A DNA stretch of 63,344 bases, counting the filler. It is 14 parts of 14 records of this genome, joined end to end, with 100 filler letters (N's around TTAATTAATTAA, not from the genome) between each part and the next. Parts side by side here need not be neighbours in the genome. Positions count along the whole stretch, not along the records: positions 11,104 to 15,039 come from SRR9188676_2926; positions 15,140 to 19,548 come from SRR9188676_2936; positions 19,649 to 22,302 come from SRR9188676_2937; positions 22,403 to 25,837 come from SRR9188676_2939; 10 more parts are not named here. One strand, 5' to 3'. Within the stretch, counting starts at the first letter, position 1; each line of letters opens with the position of its first letter. Below, piece after piece: positions 11,340 to 22,624 of this stretch. The position numbers and the translations under genes are program-made. The notes under the pieces were generated by a model. The model ran no database searches. It was given only the letters and a program-made list of their open reading frames with translations, and was not told the DNA's origin.

Positions 11340-14300
11340 TCATCGTGTAAGTTGATATTTCCAGTCCATTCTAGAATCAGAATCCCAAAGACAATGAGCA
11401 TCAGAATCTGAAATTGATTCATTCGAAACAGAATCGTTCACCTCAAACCCGACAATACCACTTTTTCCAGGAACAAAATGGCCATTTTCCTCCAGAGGAT
11501 TTTTTTCTTCCTTGATCAGTCCTTCGGGAACATTTCCTTCCTTAGTAAATCCTACAGCGGCAGTTCGTTCTTCGGATTGTCTCAGATCCCGCATAGTGGC
11601 GATGATCAGAGACAGAGTGGTCTCATTGGGCAGCGAGATTATTTGCTCAAGATCCCACCCAGCCCTGTGCAATATAGTGCGCATTTCATGCATGGTTCTT
11701 TCGCGTGCACCCTTGCCCATCGTGGTCATCATCATAAGGTCAGAAAACATCTTGTACTTTTCGTTGCGAAGGGTAGTCTGAGACTGGTCCAGGTCGAGAA
11801 TATGCTCGAGAATGATCAACCTTTTGCCCGAATTGGGGTGCTGTTGAGAGTGCGGGTGAGAGTAAGGGTGTGGTGGATGTGATTTGGACCCGGAAGAAGA
11901 TTGAGAAGGTGATGGAGTGTGAGGGGTACCTGCAGTAGGAGCCAAAATTGGTGAAAGCTGTGTATCCGTGATGGAAGATGAGTGATGGGTGTCAGGATTT
12001 GTACACATGGTGCTCGTTTTTTCGAGTTCATCATGATGAAATGATACGTTCTTGGAATCTAACTCAGGAGATGAATTTTGAGCGAGTGTGGAATGCAGAT
12101 CTGGAGAGCCTGAAAGGTAGGATTGTGAAGGAATTTGGTGCAAATTATGGAGTAGCTTCGTGATATCTTCATCGTTCCAATCGTGCACGATGGACTTGAG
12201 TAAAATTACAGAGCAGTCCGAGAAAGAATGGCGGAGCAAGGTGGTGTTGAAAAACGAGCCAGGGTACAGCGAAATCTGAGACGAAACTGGAGTGCTGTTT
12301 AAATAGGACGGCGCGTGATCAAGTACCTGAGGAAAAGAGCCACAGCAGCACAGAAGCACAGGACGAGGATTCCTTGAGTTTTCAATAGACAGAATAAACA
12401 GCGTACTCCCAGAAAATGAGAACTAAAAGAAAGGTAAGATGAATTATCACGAAGCTGTAGTTCGAATCAAGACATTACGTGCATGAATTCTGGTTTCATC
12501 AACGGGAGAAGTGGGTACTCGGAATCAATAAAGGGTATAGGATGGAATCTGGCATTAAAATCGTCACTAAAAGTGATCAATCCCCCTCAGGTGTACATTC
12601 ATTCGAGAGACACTCTCGAGAAGGCGGGGTAAGAATGAGAGTTCCTAGGGACCAGGAGAACATTTTCCGCCAGGATAAACTGTGAAAAATGAACGTGTGT
12701 CCCTCGAAGTGGCGTCGAGAAGCAGGATACGTGCGGAATAGAAATTGACTAGTGACGAGTTTTACGTGGGATTGCTTGCTCCGAGTGAAACTTGAATTGG
12801 TGAAATTCCACCTGGTAGATTGCCGTTGGAATTAATTGATTCGAAATAAGAGCGATTTTCTTCGAAATGGGAAATGCACGAGAGGGGAATCTTTTCAGGT
12901 AAAAATTTAAATGTGTGGAAATGAGGCCAGACTATACCTGAGGCAGGTCCAACAGCTTGCCATGCAGTGTAGGGTTCATTTCCAAGAGAGTTGCCAGGAA
13001 TGCCCCGCGCCCTCCCCCAATATCACACACCACATCGTGTTCAGAGAGTGGCACATATGGCCCATACACGCTCGCAAGCTATACAATAAAAACGTACTTT
13101 GAGGCATTAATTTAAAATCCCGATTCCGATTTAGCTATTCAAGGTAGCAGCCGTAAGAAGAATGATTTTTCACATAAAGCGTTGATGTAGAATAGAGAGC
13201 TGAGATCCAGAAATCTAAATTGTTAAATGCCATAACAGCACAGAATCTCAACAGGACCGCCTTGATCTCCGTTGGATGTGCTTGAGAGATTGAACATGAT
13301 ACAGAGATGGAATCTTCTTTCTCGCTCTTCCAAGACTTACCATTTGAGACGATGAGATCATAGCCTCATCAAACAAATCCAGGTACTGAGGATTAGAGGC
13401 GAGATATTCCCAATAAGGCGTGTGATAATGGTGGTGGAATGATGGCAGGCCTGTGCGGATGCTGTGTAGAAGCTGAGCGAATGGTGCCATGTGCACTTCA
13501 ATAGTCAGCTCGATCCAGGTTTTCATCGACTGGCGCTCTGTGAATTTGTGATGAAAGTGAAAATGACGAGAAAAGAACAAGGCGGAGATTAGTCGAATGG
13601 TTGAGTTAGATCTTGTGTAGTAAATGATCCCCGGCTCATAGAGTATGAGGCGGATAATGGAGCCGTACCAGCGCGGATGCTGTGTAGGAAATGAACAAAT
13701 GATCAGATCGATCCAGCGTTTCATCGACTGTAAATCTGCTGGTTTGATGTGATGATTGGAATGTTGGAATGATAAGAAAGAAGAAAACGGAAATGAATCA
13801 GCCAACGGTCATGAGTTGAGTTATAACCTACCGCAGCTCGAAACAAATCCGTCGAGAGATTAAGATGTTGTATGTGGGAATGGAAGAGATTCACATAACA
13901 AATTGTATTGTTGTATGAAATTAAACGATGGGTCCAGAGATTGACAGTTGTTTCGGGGGGAAACACGCCTGAAGATTAACAATGTCAACTTGCTCACCTG
14001 TTTTGGAGGTAAGTGCGCCATAAGGTGTCGCTCTGTAGATATCTGAACCATCTACATTCGTAATGCGCTCAGCAAGGCCCAGCTGAGAGCTTGCGAGTAG
14101 CAATCGACAGAGATTTGGTGGGTCCACCTTGCCATCCATTCGCAACGCGATTCCTTCACATGTCATTTCAGCATGTCTTCGCAAAATATCATGAATATCT
14201 GAAAGAAAGGTATCAATAATATGAGGACTATGATATTTTTAGTCTGCTACCGACCCAACTTGGTGAACATCCATGTCACAACCGACGCGTGAAAGCCGAC

Positions 14301-14435
14301 GACATCATATCGCATACGAAGTTGAAGTGATTCTGGATTTGATGGTGGATTGACATGTATATAGGGATAATATAGCCATGTAGTAAATGAAAATGTGAGC
14401 AAGACGGTGCTCAATAGAGAAAAAGCCTGCGACAT
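11340..14435 (-). CDS. SAM-dependent O-methyltransferase (Methyltransf_2 / ASMT-COMT-like), multi-exon
   Basis: The exon at ~12938-13078, missed by the ORF track, reads DVVCDIGGGRGAFLATLLEMNPTLHGKLLDLPQ. The last exon has LLKSIVHDWNDEDITKLL and GARERT. An N-terminal dimerisation-type region includes FDEAM. Hydrophobic N-terminus. Confidence 0.85.
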
Positions 14436-14590
14436 CTTGATGCGAACATGCAAAATTTGGTTGTTTTTTTTGCAACGACAAATTCAAGCCACGTGCCTTT
14501 ATATATTTAGGAACCTTTCGAACTTGGCGCGACGAATGCGGTACAATTGGCAGCTCTATGGTCAGGAATAAGTCTAAATTCATTTTTTTC

Positions 14591-15039
14591 ATGTCGACCG
14601 TTTTACACATCGAGCAGAGTCTGCCAGAGAATCTCAGAGCCGACTATGCACAATATCTTGCAGAGTATGGTGGCACTCTGCTCCTTTGGTGTGCAAGAGA
14701 AAAACAAACCGAAATCGCTCGCAAAGTCATGTCATCTCTCTCAGAAGTCGAAATCTTTGAATATCTTCAGAAAGTCGATGCTTCATATCAAAACGCACTA
14801 TGCTGCTCTTGCCAGCATGGCGATTTGGACATGATTCGTATTCTACTCTCTGCGCTCTCGCCAGCTGAACGTCAGCAATACATCATACAGCCGGATGGCT
14901 ATGGGCGGACTTGTGCCATGTATCTCGCCGATTCTGGAAATGTTACTGCTCTAAATGAAGTCATTACTCAACTTTCATCAGAATCCATTCTCCCCTTTCT
15001 CCAACAAAAGGATCACATTGATTGCACAGCTTTGATATA
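14591..15039 (+). CDS. Ankyrin-repeat protein (39-aa repeat family), N-terminal fragment
   Basis: Repeats such as QYIIQPDGYGRTCAMYLADSGNVTALNEVITQLSSESIL with ~39-aa period; runs into the linker. Confidence 0.72.
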
Positions 15040-15139
15040 NNNNNNNNNNNNNNNNNNNNNNNNNNNNNNNNNNNNNNNNNNNNTTAATTAATTAANNNNN
15101 NNNNNNNNNNNNNNNNNNNNNNNNNNNNNNNNNNNNNNN

Positions 15140-16258
15140 TCGTAACCTCTTGCTGGCAGGCACTGTAGCCGGGCCAGCGCGTTGGTGGGAAAAAAAAAAA
15201 AAAAAAAAAACGCAAAATCTGGTGGCAAGAAATATACCTGTCAGGATTGAGATTCTTCTGGGCAGCATTGGCGTGAGCGCTGTGGATGAGGTTCTGAAGA
15301 GAATAACAAGACACAAAAGTACCATGAATCCAGATAATTCAGGACATAGAGCACAAAATCAGCGAATTTAAGATCGATTCCTGAGGACTGTGACCAGAGA
15401 TCAACTCTGGATTGATCACTTGCTAGAATTTATTTAGTTTGGTATTTACAATTCTTCGATTTATACTGCCTGTGACGCAGAAAACCCACATTTGGACGAT
15501 CCTTCTGATATCTGATCCAGGAGCAAACACTTACATAGAGGAAACGAGCTGGCTTCTTGGGAAGATGTTTCAGCTGTTGAAGCGCATCTTTAACACTCAT
15601 TCTCCGGACAAGCTACATGAGAAGAAAGGAAGAAAGAGTTCTTCAGACGCTTGAAGATGGCTTTGTTGAGACAAGATTGGCGAGCGAAATATTGAACAAT
15701 CACAACCAGTAGAATAGGAATCAGAATATTGATAGTATGGGAGCAGAATGCAGTATAGGGAGTTCGAATGGAAGATATCTAAAATTCGGACGAGCACAGG
15801 CAATTAGTTCAACATCAGTAACACCTTCGGTCAAGATTGATGCGCTGTGAAGTACCTGAGCAACGAAATGCATCTTTTTCACAGATGTCTTGAGATTTAG
15901 ACTCTTTGCCGTGATACATTTGTCCTTCACTTCTTTAATCAGTCCCTGCTTCACCATCTGAAGTTTATCGATGCTGTCAACATTTCGACTGGTTCGGTGG
16001 AAATGCTTCCATGGATGTCGATGAGCTTCCAATACTTTTGCGAAAGAAGCCTACAGAATTCAGAGTCAATCCGACAAAGCTTCCTCACGATGACGCTGAA
16101 GAACCTACAGGATATGGACAAAGAGGTCCCGGGATGACGACTTTCCCTTTAATAGGGTGACCGGAGGCTGGGTATAAGACTGTAGGTTTCGGTTGGACTC
16201 GAATCACAGGTGCGGTCGAGAAATTCCGCACCGCAATGCTTCGGAATAAACTCGCCAT
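15140..16258 (-). CDS. MRPL22: Mitochondrial ribosomal protein uL22m, multi-exon, 3'-truncated
   Basis: Mitochondrial-type presequence MASLFRSIAVRNFST. Spliced peptides TAKSLNLKTSVKKMHFVAQ | LVRRMSVKDALQQLKHLPKKPARFLY | NLIHSAHANAAQKNLNPDR match the L22 core. Confidence 0.8.
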
Positions 16259-16441
16259 CGCTGTGCTTCTTCCCCGGCAGCGCGATCCCCTTATACTTTC
16301 CTTCCCCAGCAATGTGATGTGCTTTTGATCACGCTCTCGTCGCGCCATTCGTCCTGCCCACACTATTTTGCCTCCTTTCTGAAAGTTTTCTCATCAATTT
16401 TGAAGCCATTTCGAAACGAAATAAATATAATAAACATAATT

Positions 16442-19400
16442 ATGATCAAAGATTCTTTGGTCACTCATTCTGTTGAAAATGATAGCATCACGGAACTGGA
16501 AAAGGCACTTTCTGTGTATCCTGATGAAGCAGATGTCAATTCCTTTGCCAACGAGGAGAATGAGTCTCTCCTCATGGTTGCAGCTGGACTAGGCTATGCT
16601 AAACTATGTGAATTTCTGATTTCGAAAGGTCGGTTTTCTTTCGAGGCTGATGATCATGCTCAACTCACTTATCTGCCGCGCATCACAGGAGCCACAGTGA
16701 ATTTTATCCATACGAGCGGTGCTGTGAGAAGGTCAGCTCTCCTTTGCTCGGCATTCGAGAACCAGCCTGATACAGCTGAAGTTCTTCTGCGACATGGTGC
16801 TGAGGTCAACTTTGAAAATGAGTATGGATCAACCCCGATCCTCGGTGCATCCAAGGTATGAGGGTTGAATGTACTCTGAGATAGGAGAGTCTTTGATTCT
16901 GGAAGAGATATACCTCAAGGAATACGTTATACCAAACCAGCCCTCATCATCACCCGCTCCCCATTTTTCGTCTGTAGCGATTGCCCGAATTCGAGGAAAT
17001 TCTCTTCCTCACCGAAACTTTCCAACCTCCCTGTCTGACAACTACAGAGTGGCTCGATTCCTTTGATCACCATGTTACATAAGTTCCATGCGGATTTGAA
17101 CCACCAGAACGTGTTCGGCACCACCGCATTGATGCTCGCAGCAAGGGGCAACCATGCGCACGTGGCGTCCACTCTCCTCTCTCTTGGGGCCGACCCAGTC
17201 ATCAGCAATAAGAAAAATCAGGTGATTGTGCTTTCTCATGTGTTTTTTTAAAAAAATTCTCAACAACACAGAATGAGAATGCAGGCTTGGAAGTTGCGCA
17301 TGATTATTGTAACACCTGTAAAGAGTAATGCCTTTTACAACACTTGACCTGTCTGGTCTTTGGTCTGTCCGAGCAGAGAAGTCGGTGAGCGCAAGAAATA
17401 TTTGAATCTTGCACGCAGCGGATGTCAGCTTCGGAAAATAACAATAAGTAACTCAATCGAATGACTGAATGATACCAGCTGCAGTCAATTTTCAGAACTG
17501 CATGAGCCACTCTCAGCCCAAGGCGTGGATAACATCAACCCTTCTTTTCCTTCGTAGAGTTCGAAATCGACCCTTCGTTCTCCCATCGAAATGAGTCTCT
17601 ATCTATTTTTCTGTGGGTCCTTTTCGACAGAATGCATCGGATATCGCGATGGAAGAGGGCCATGCCTCACTGGCCAAGCTCCTAGCTGATCACATCAACC
17701 ATGCACAGCTCCACACACATCATGCCTCATACACCCACCCCCCCCCCACCCCCTCTCACACCGACATTGATCACTCAGACCCCCATGCACACACCCACAC
17801 TCCTACCCACCCCCCGACCCCGGACCCCACCACAGAACCGAACACTCAATCAGTTGTAAAAGACCAAAAACAGGCGCAACCGGCGCATGATATTTCTCCA
17901 GAGCATTCGAGCAAGATAGAAAAAGCTGAATCTCCCCTGCAATCAAGCGCACCTGATTCTGCGCCTGGTCCTGTGCCTGTGTCTGTGGCTGTGGCTGATC
18001 CTCACATTCCCCGATGTGGTTCACCCACCCCCCCCTTTCCCGCCTCTCTTCACAATGCCACCAACAGTCTTGATCAGAACGGCATTACTGACGTGCGGGT
18101 ACGTTGGAATTTGAGCCTGCTGTATGTATTTCCTCGACCTCAGAAAGGGTTCATAAAAATGCACGGTTCATCAACAATTCAACTCAGGACACACATGAGG
18201 GGTACAAACCATATTCTCTTGAGGGAAATCAGATACTTCCTCAACATTTATGGATTTCTAGTCCTTTCCCGCATTCATCCTCTCATGTTGGAGCGCTTAA
18301 TTCTCGCGATGGAAGTCCTCCCCCGAATGCGACATCCGGGAACTTCCTCGAAGTCGAATTTTGGAGGGTTTTTTTTTCTCTCTCGAGAATACGCTAGGGA
18401 TGGGATATCTTACTCTTTCTCCCATTCATTATTCTCTTTTCGGTATTTCCCTCTCAGCCTGTGTGGGCACGCCACGTCAGGGTGCACCCTACCCTGTCCT
18501 ACACACACAACCCTGTACCCCCCGGTGCGACGTACCCCCCCTACACACACCTGCATCATTGGATCTCAGCCACGTCACAGAAGTACCCGCGTGCCCCTTG
18601 CATCATATTCTCACCCCCCCTCACCCCGGGTATGCATTATTTGATGGGATATTATTTTATTCTATCCAAAGATGATGATGATTCGATCCATTATGTCTTT
18701 TTTATTATTTATTATTATCTGAATCGAGGAACAGAGATATGAAACATCGAGACCGGTGAATTTGCTCGTCGGATTCTTTCAGGCCTTCCGCATTTGCAAT
18801 GCTTGAAGTTTCAAGAGCACCTCAAGTCGACTCCATCCTCACCAGTTCCAATCCATCCCACGCACTATCACCTGATATGCACGCATTCTTTCTCACGCAC
18901 TCCCTCTCTCTTACACCCTCCTCCTTTCTGTCTATCTAAGTGCCTGTTTCTCTATCTCATGATCATGATCAGATCCTTATGTGGCACACAGCCAGCCATG
19001 GACACCGCCCTTGTCTGTGGCACATGCAAACCCCGGTGGTACCGAACCCGAGGCTCGGGACGGGGGTGGACGCTACCATATGATAACCTTTAATCAAATG
19101 GAACAGCTGACAGACATAATCGCTTCTTCACTGCGCGCGCTCATGCCCTCCTTGCGCCGTCATGCAAACGGAAATAGGGATGGAAATGGGGATGGAAATG
19201 GGGATGGAAATACGCCTGGCGAATCGCATGGAAATGGACAGAGGAATGGATCTGGTGATCTGATTCAGGAGCATGAAAATCAGCAAACTGCTATCGGTGT
19301 GTGCGTAGTGCGGTCACATCTCACCCCGCTGGTGCTGGTGGGTATCCTGAAGGCCGGGTGTATGTATGTACCGCTGGACCCTCGGGCTCCCCCACGCACA

Positions 19401-19548
19401 CTCGCACACGTGGCCTCTCACTCCCGCATGGCGTGTGTACTGACTGATGTGACATGTGCCAGCATGCTGGTGCACACCCTCCCCGATATATTCACGCGTG
19501 AGTGCTCCACATACTCCCTCATCTATCACTACCCCACGCTATACACAC
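16442..19548 (+). CDS. Ankyrin repeats + Pro/His linker + discoidin-like segment + NRPS-type adenylation domain, 3'-truncated
   Basis: Phase-consistent exons 16442-16628, 16689-16855, 17048-17221, 17631-18098, 18233-18367, 18458-18629 and 18973->19548. Ankyrin motifs GSTPILGA and GTTALMLAA. A1-like ITFNQMEQL and A2 GILKAGCMYVPLDP motifs. Confidence 0.7.
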
Positions 19549-19815
19549 NNNNNNNNNNNNNNNNNNNNNNNNNNNNNNNNNNNNNNNNNNNNTTAATTAA
19601 TTAANNNNNNNNNNNNNNNNNNNNNNNNNNNNNNNNNNNNNNNNNNNNGAATGGCATTCATGTTGTTCTGGATATTATTGGTCAGTAGAATGTCCTTGCA
19701 CGGGATGTGTTCGGTGATGTCAGGGGTCCTATGTTACTTCTCTAGGCTCCGCGAGATCAAAATACATCAGAAATATAGAAATATAATTCAATATGCAACG
19801 GACACGGAATCCGTG

Positions 19816-19875
19816 GTCACGTCCGTTGGCACGGGATGTGTCACGTCCGTTGGCACGGGATGTGTCACATCCGTG
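19816..19875. repeat. 24-bp tandem repeat (2.5 copies)
   Basis: GTCACGTCCGTTGGCACGGGATGT at 19816 and 19840, with a partial third copy at 19864. Confidence 0.85.
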
Positions 19876-20578
19876 CGAGGACATTCTACTGACCAGATAT
19901 TCTATACATACTTGACTTCACGATATTTTCCATTGTCTTCGATATTCTACCTATATTTTCCATACTATCGACGGCAGAAAAAAAACGGAAATAGTTTCTA
20001 ACCCTCAGAGACGAAAGGCAAAGGGGGGCAAAAAAAGGGTTTCACAGGCAGTCAGTCTTGCCGGAACCACATATTAGATACATTCGATGCAGCATTATGA
20101 AAAAGTGCGAAAACTGATTGAAGAGGGATGAAGATTTGCCTTCGGCCCTTCGCCCCTTTGCCTTTTCATGAATTTTTTGGGGGGGTCCATCAACCAGGAA
20201 TCGACGCATAAAATCGGCAGACGAACTAGAATTAGAACAACAGGGCATTTTCCCGTCATTGAGTGTGGGAAGTCAAAAAATCAAGAAAGACTCGCTGAAT
20301 CTTCAGGTTCGGAGACGAAGGTCAGCCCCTATGCTGCCTACAAGGGTCCTACGATGACCACTGTTTTTGAACTTGCGTTTTTGCTACCTCCCTATACGTT
20401 CCTCTTCGTACGAATACCCCCAAACGAATTTGGTGGCAACTGAATCAAACCCAAGCATCGATGACGGATGTCAAGCGCCCCAAAAAGAGAAGATGACCCT
20501 TCGCGAAAAGTGGAGGGGAGTAATTGTTGAGAGAAAAAAATCTAGTCATATAACAATATAATAATAGCAAATCCTCAC

Positions 20579-21182
20579 CATTGTAGCCATCAATGACAGA
20601 GTCCACGATCGGGCGGGCGGCCATGTTGTACACATCGATTTGTAGTGATCTGCACAGGATAGAGAGAAGCGATTTCATATGAGAAATCTGACAAATATAG
20701 TGAAGATAATTTTTAATAGATCTGAGAATCCTGGGAATCGAATATGACCAGTCGAGGAGCCGTTGAAATCGGAGAGAGAGCGATGAGAGGAGCCAAATCG
20801 ACTCGAAAGAAAGAAGGTGATGTCAGATTGAAAAATTGAATTAAATTGAGTGATTTTATATAAGTTTGATAATTGAATTGATCATAACAATTGGCAGGCG
20901 AATGAATGATCAGAACAATTGGGATGCGAATGAGACTACTTACTCCATATCAAAAACAGCATCGAAAGTGAAAGCCTTGTCTTCACCACCATCTGGGTTA
21001 TGGAGGCGAATTTGACCCAAAGGACAATCAACATCAACAATACTAGACGAACACGGTGTTTAGTAGAATGATCGATATGAGAATCGTAATGTGAGTTACC
21101 ATTTGCGGCTTTCAGCTCTTTCCTTCGCGTTTGGAGGACGGCATCGCACCACGACCTTCACGGTCTCAGATGTTTTGCTCAT
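20579..21182 (-). CDS. Kinesin-2 (KIF3/FLA10-like) motor, N-terminal exons
   Basis: Exons 21182-21100, 21042-20944 and 20649-20579 splice to MSKTSETVKVVVRCRP...[37 protein letters not shown]. The P-loop exon was not found on this contig. Confidence 0.88.
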
Positions 21183-21315
21183 AGATGAATCTTTAGAGCA
21201 AAAATAGCATATAATCTCCTAGCAAAAACCTTTTGTTTCCTCGGTGCGATTTTCCGTTAGATCTTCTAGAATCTCTAGAATCAGGAGAAAGTACCCGTCA
21301 CGTCTGGCCAGAAAA

Positions 21316-21912
21316 ATGGGTCCAAATTCTGCGTTCGTGTTTCATACGACATCAAACGCCCATTACAATGACACTTTGACAAATGTATGCACTACGAAAC
21401 AAGCGAATGGTAGATCCTTCAACTTTCGTGTTTATTTCTCTCAAAAAGCTCGAGAAACATCTCAAATATGTCTCGGAGATCTCCCGAATGCATTGACCCC
21501 TCCTGGACATGGATCAAGACGGAAACCCGACTCTCCAAAACTCATTATTGCTCGGTATTGTATACTATTCTAGCCCAATGAGAGCATTTCTGACAGCATC
21601 TGTGGCATTTTTAGCGCCGGAACGATCACTCGAGTTTTTCGAGTGGTTCGCGCATATTTCAATTCTCTATTATCCTGGCTTGAAGACCCAGAAAAGATTC
21701 TCAGGCAAGCTGTATATGATGTATGTATGATCCAATGGATTTTTTCTTGTGATTTCTTGCTTTCATCTATGAGAATAATCATTGATCCATTCCCTATCCC
21801 GCCAGATGGAAGCAGACCTCCGAAGGCTTCGTGTCGGCCTCGCCGAAATCTCAGCAAGCAAAGTACGACTCGAGAAGCAAAAGAATGAGACTCAACTTTC
21901 AGTATCTCAATG
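21316..21912 (+). CDS. VIPP1: Vipp1/IM30 (PspA family) protein with N-terminal presequence, 3'-truncated
   Basis: Splicing the 21721-21805 GT-AG intron gives RVFRVVRAYFNSLLSWLEDPEKILRQAVYDMEADLRRLRVGLAEISASKVRLEKQKNETQLSVSQW, containing the PspA/Vipp1 EDPEKIL motif. An upstream exon in the same frame starts MGPNSAFV; the first intron boundaries are ambiguous. Confidence 0.8.
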
Positions 21913-22624
21913 GTATATCCCTGCCTGCTTTGTGTTGGATCAGTTGCCGTGCTGTGCGAAATCGTTTGTGATTGTATCGAATCGATTGACTAGTCTCTGG
22001 TTTCGGTTCATAGTTGAACGCTGAAAAAGGAAATGAGTACTGAATCAAATCGCGGATTCAGAGACTCGCTGAGAACTCTCTTCTAAAACATCCCTTAAAA
22101 AGATCATAGATCCATGAAGAGCATCTTCCGCTGATTAGAAAAAGAATTATTCTACTTTCTCTCGATCGTTTTCATTTTTTCTCCCCGCATCTACGCGCCC
22201 TCCCCTCTTCTTACTCCTGGCGATTTCATGCGCTCTCTTTGCTCACGTTACTCCATCCACCCTATGCTGTTACCATACGGTTTCCATACGGTTTCCATAC
22301 GGNNNNNNNNNNNNNNNNNNNNNNNNNNNNNNNNNNNNNNNNNNNNTTAATTAATTAANNNNNNNNNNNNNNNNNNNNNNNNNNNNNNNNNNNNNNNNNN
22401 NNAAAAAAAAAAAAAAAAAAAAAAAACATCGCTAAAAATTAGCACCGCGATATGTATGACAATCCAAGTTATTATGGCGAGGATCCTCGTTTGTGTCCTC
22501 ATCCGAGGGAACAAGAATAACGACACAAGGCCGAGGATCTCCGTGTCAGAAAGTCATGTGGTTGCTCTGCCTTGTGTCACCTCACCAATCAAAAGTGAAA
22601 GAGAAGCAAAGAGGGAACGCTTAC

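Noticed and set aside
18099-18644. C-terminal half of ORF 17613-18644 as real protein
   Set aside because: It reads through introns; a strong donor at 18099 and phase-consistent exons in another frame explain the region better.
11340-19548. O-methyltransferase + NRPS-like gene as a biosynthetic cluster
   Set aside because: They lie on different contigs separated by the linker at 15040-15139.
20042-20080. GSGKT as the kinesin P-loop exon
   Set aside because: It lacks the preceding TIFAYGQT and a suitable acceptor and stops three codons later; likely chance.
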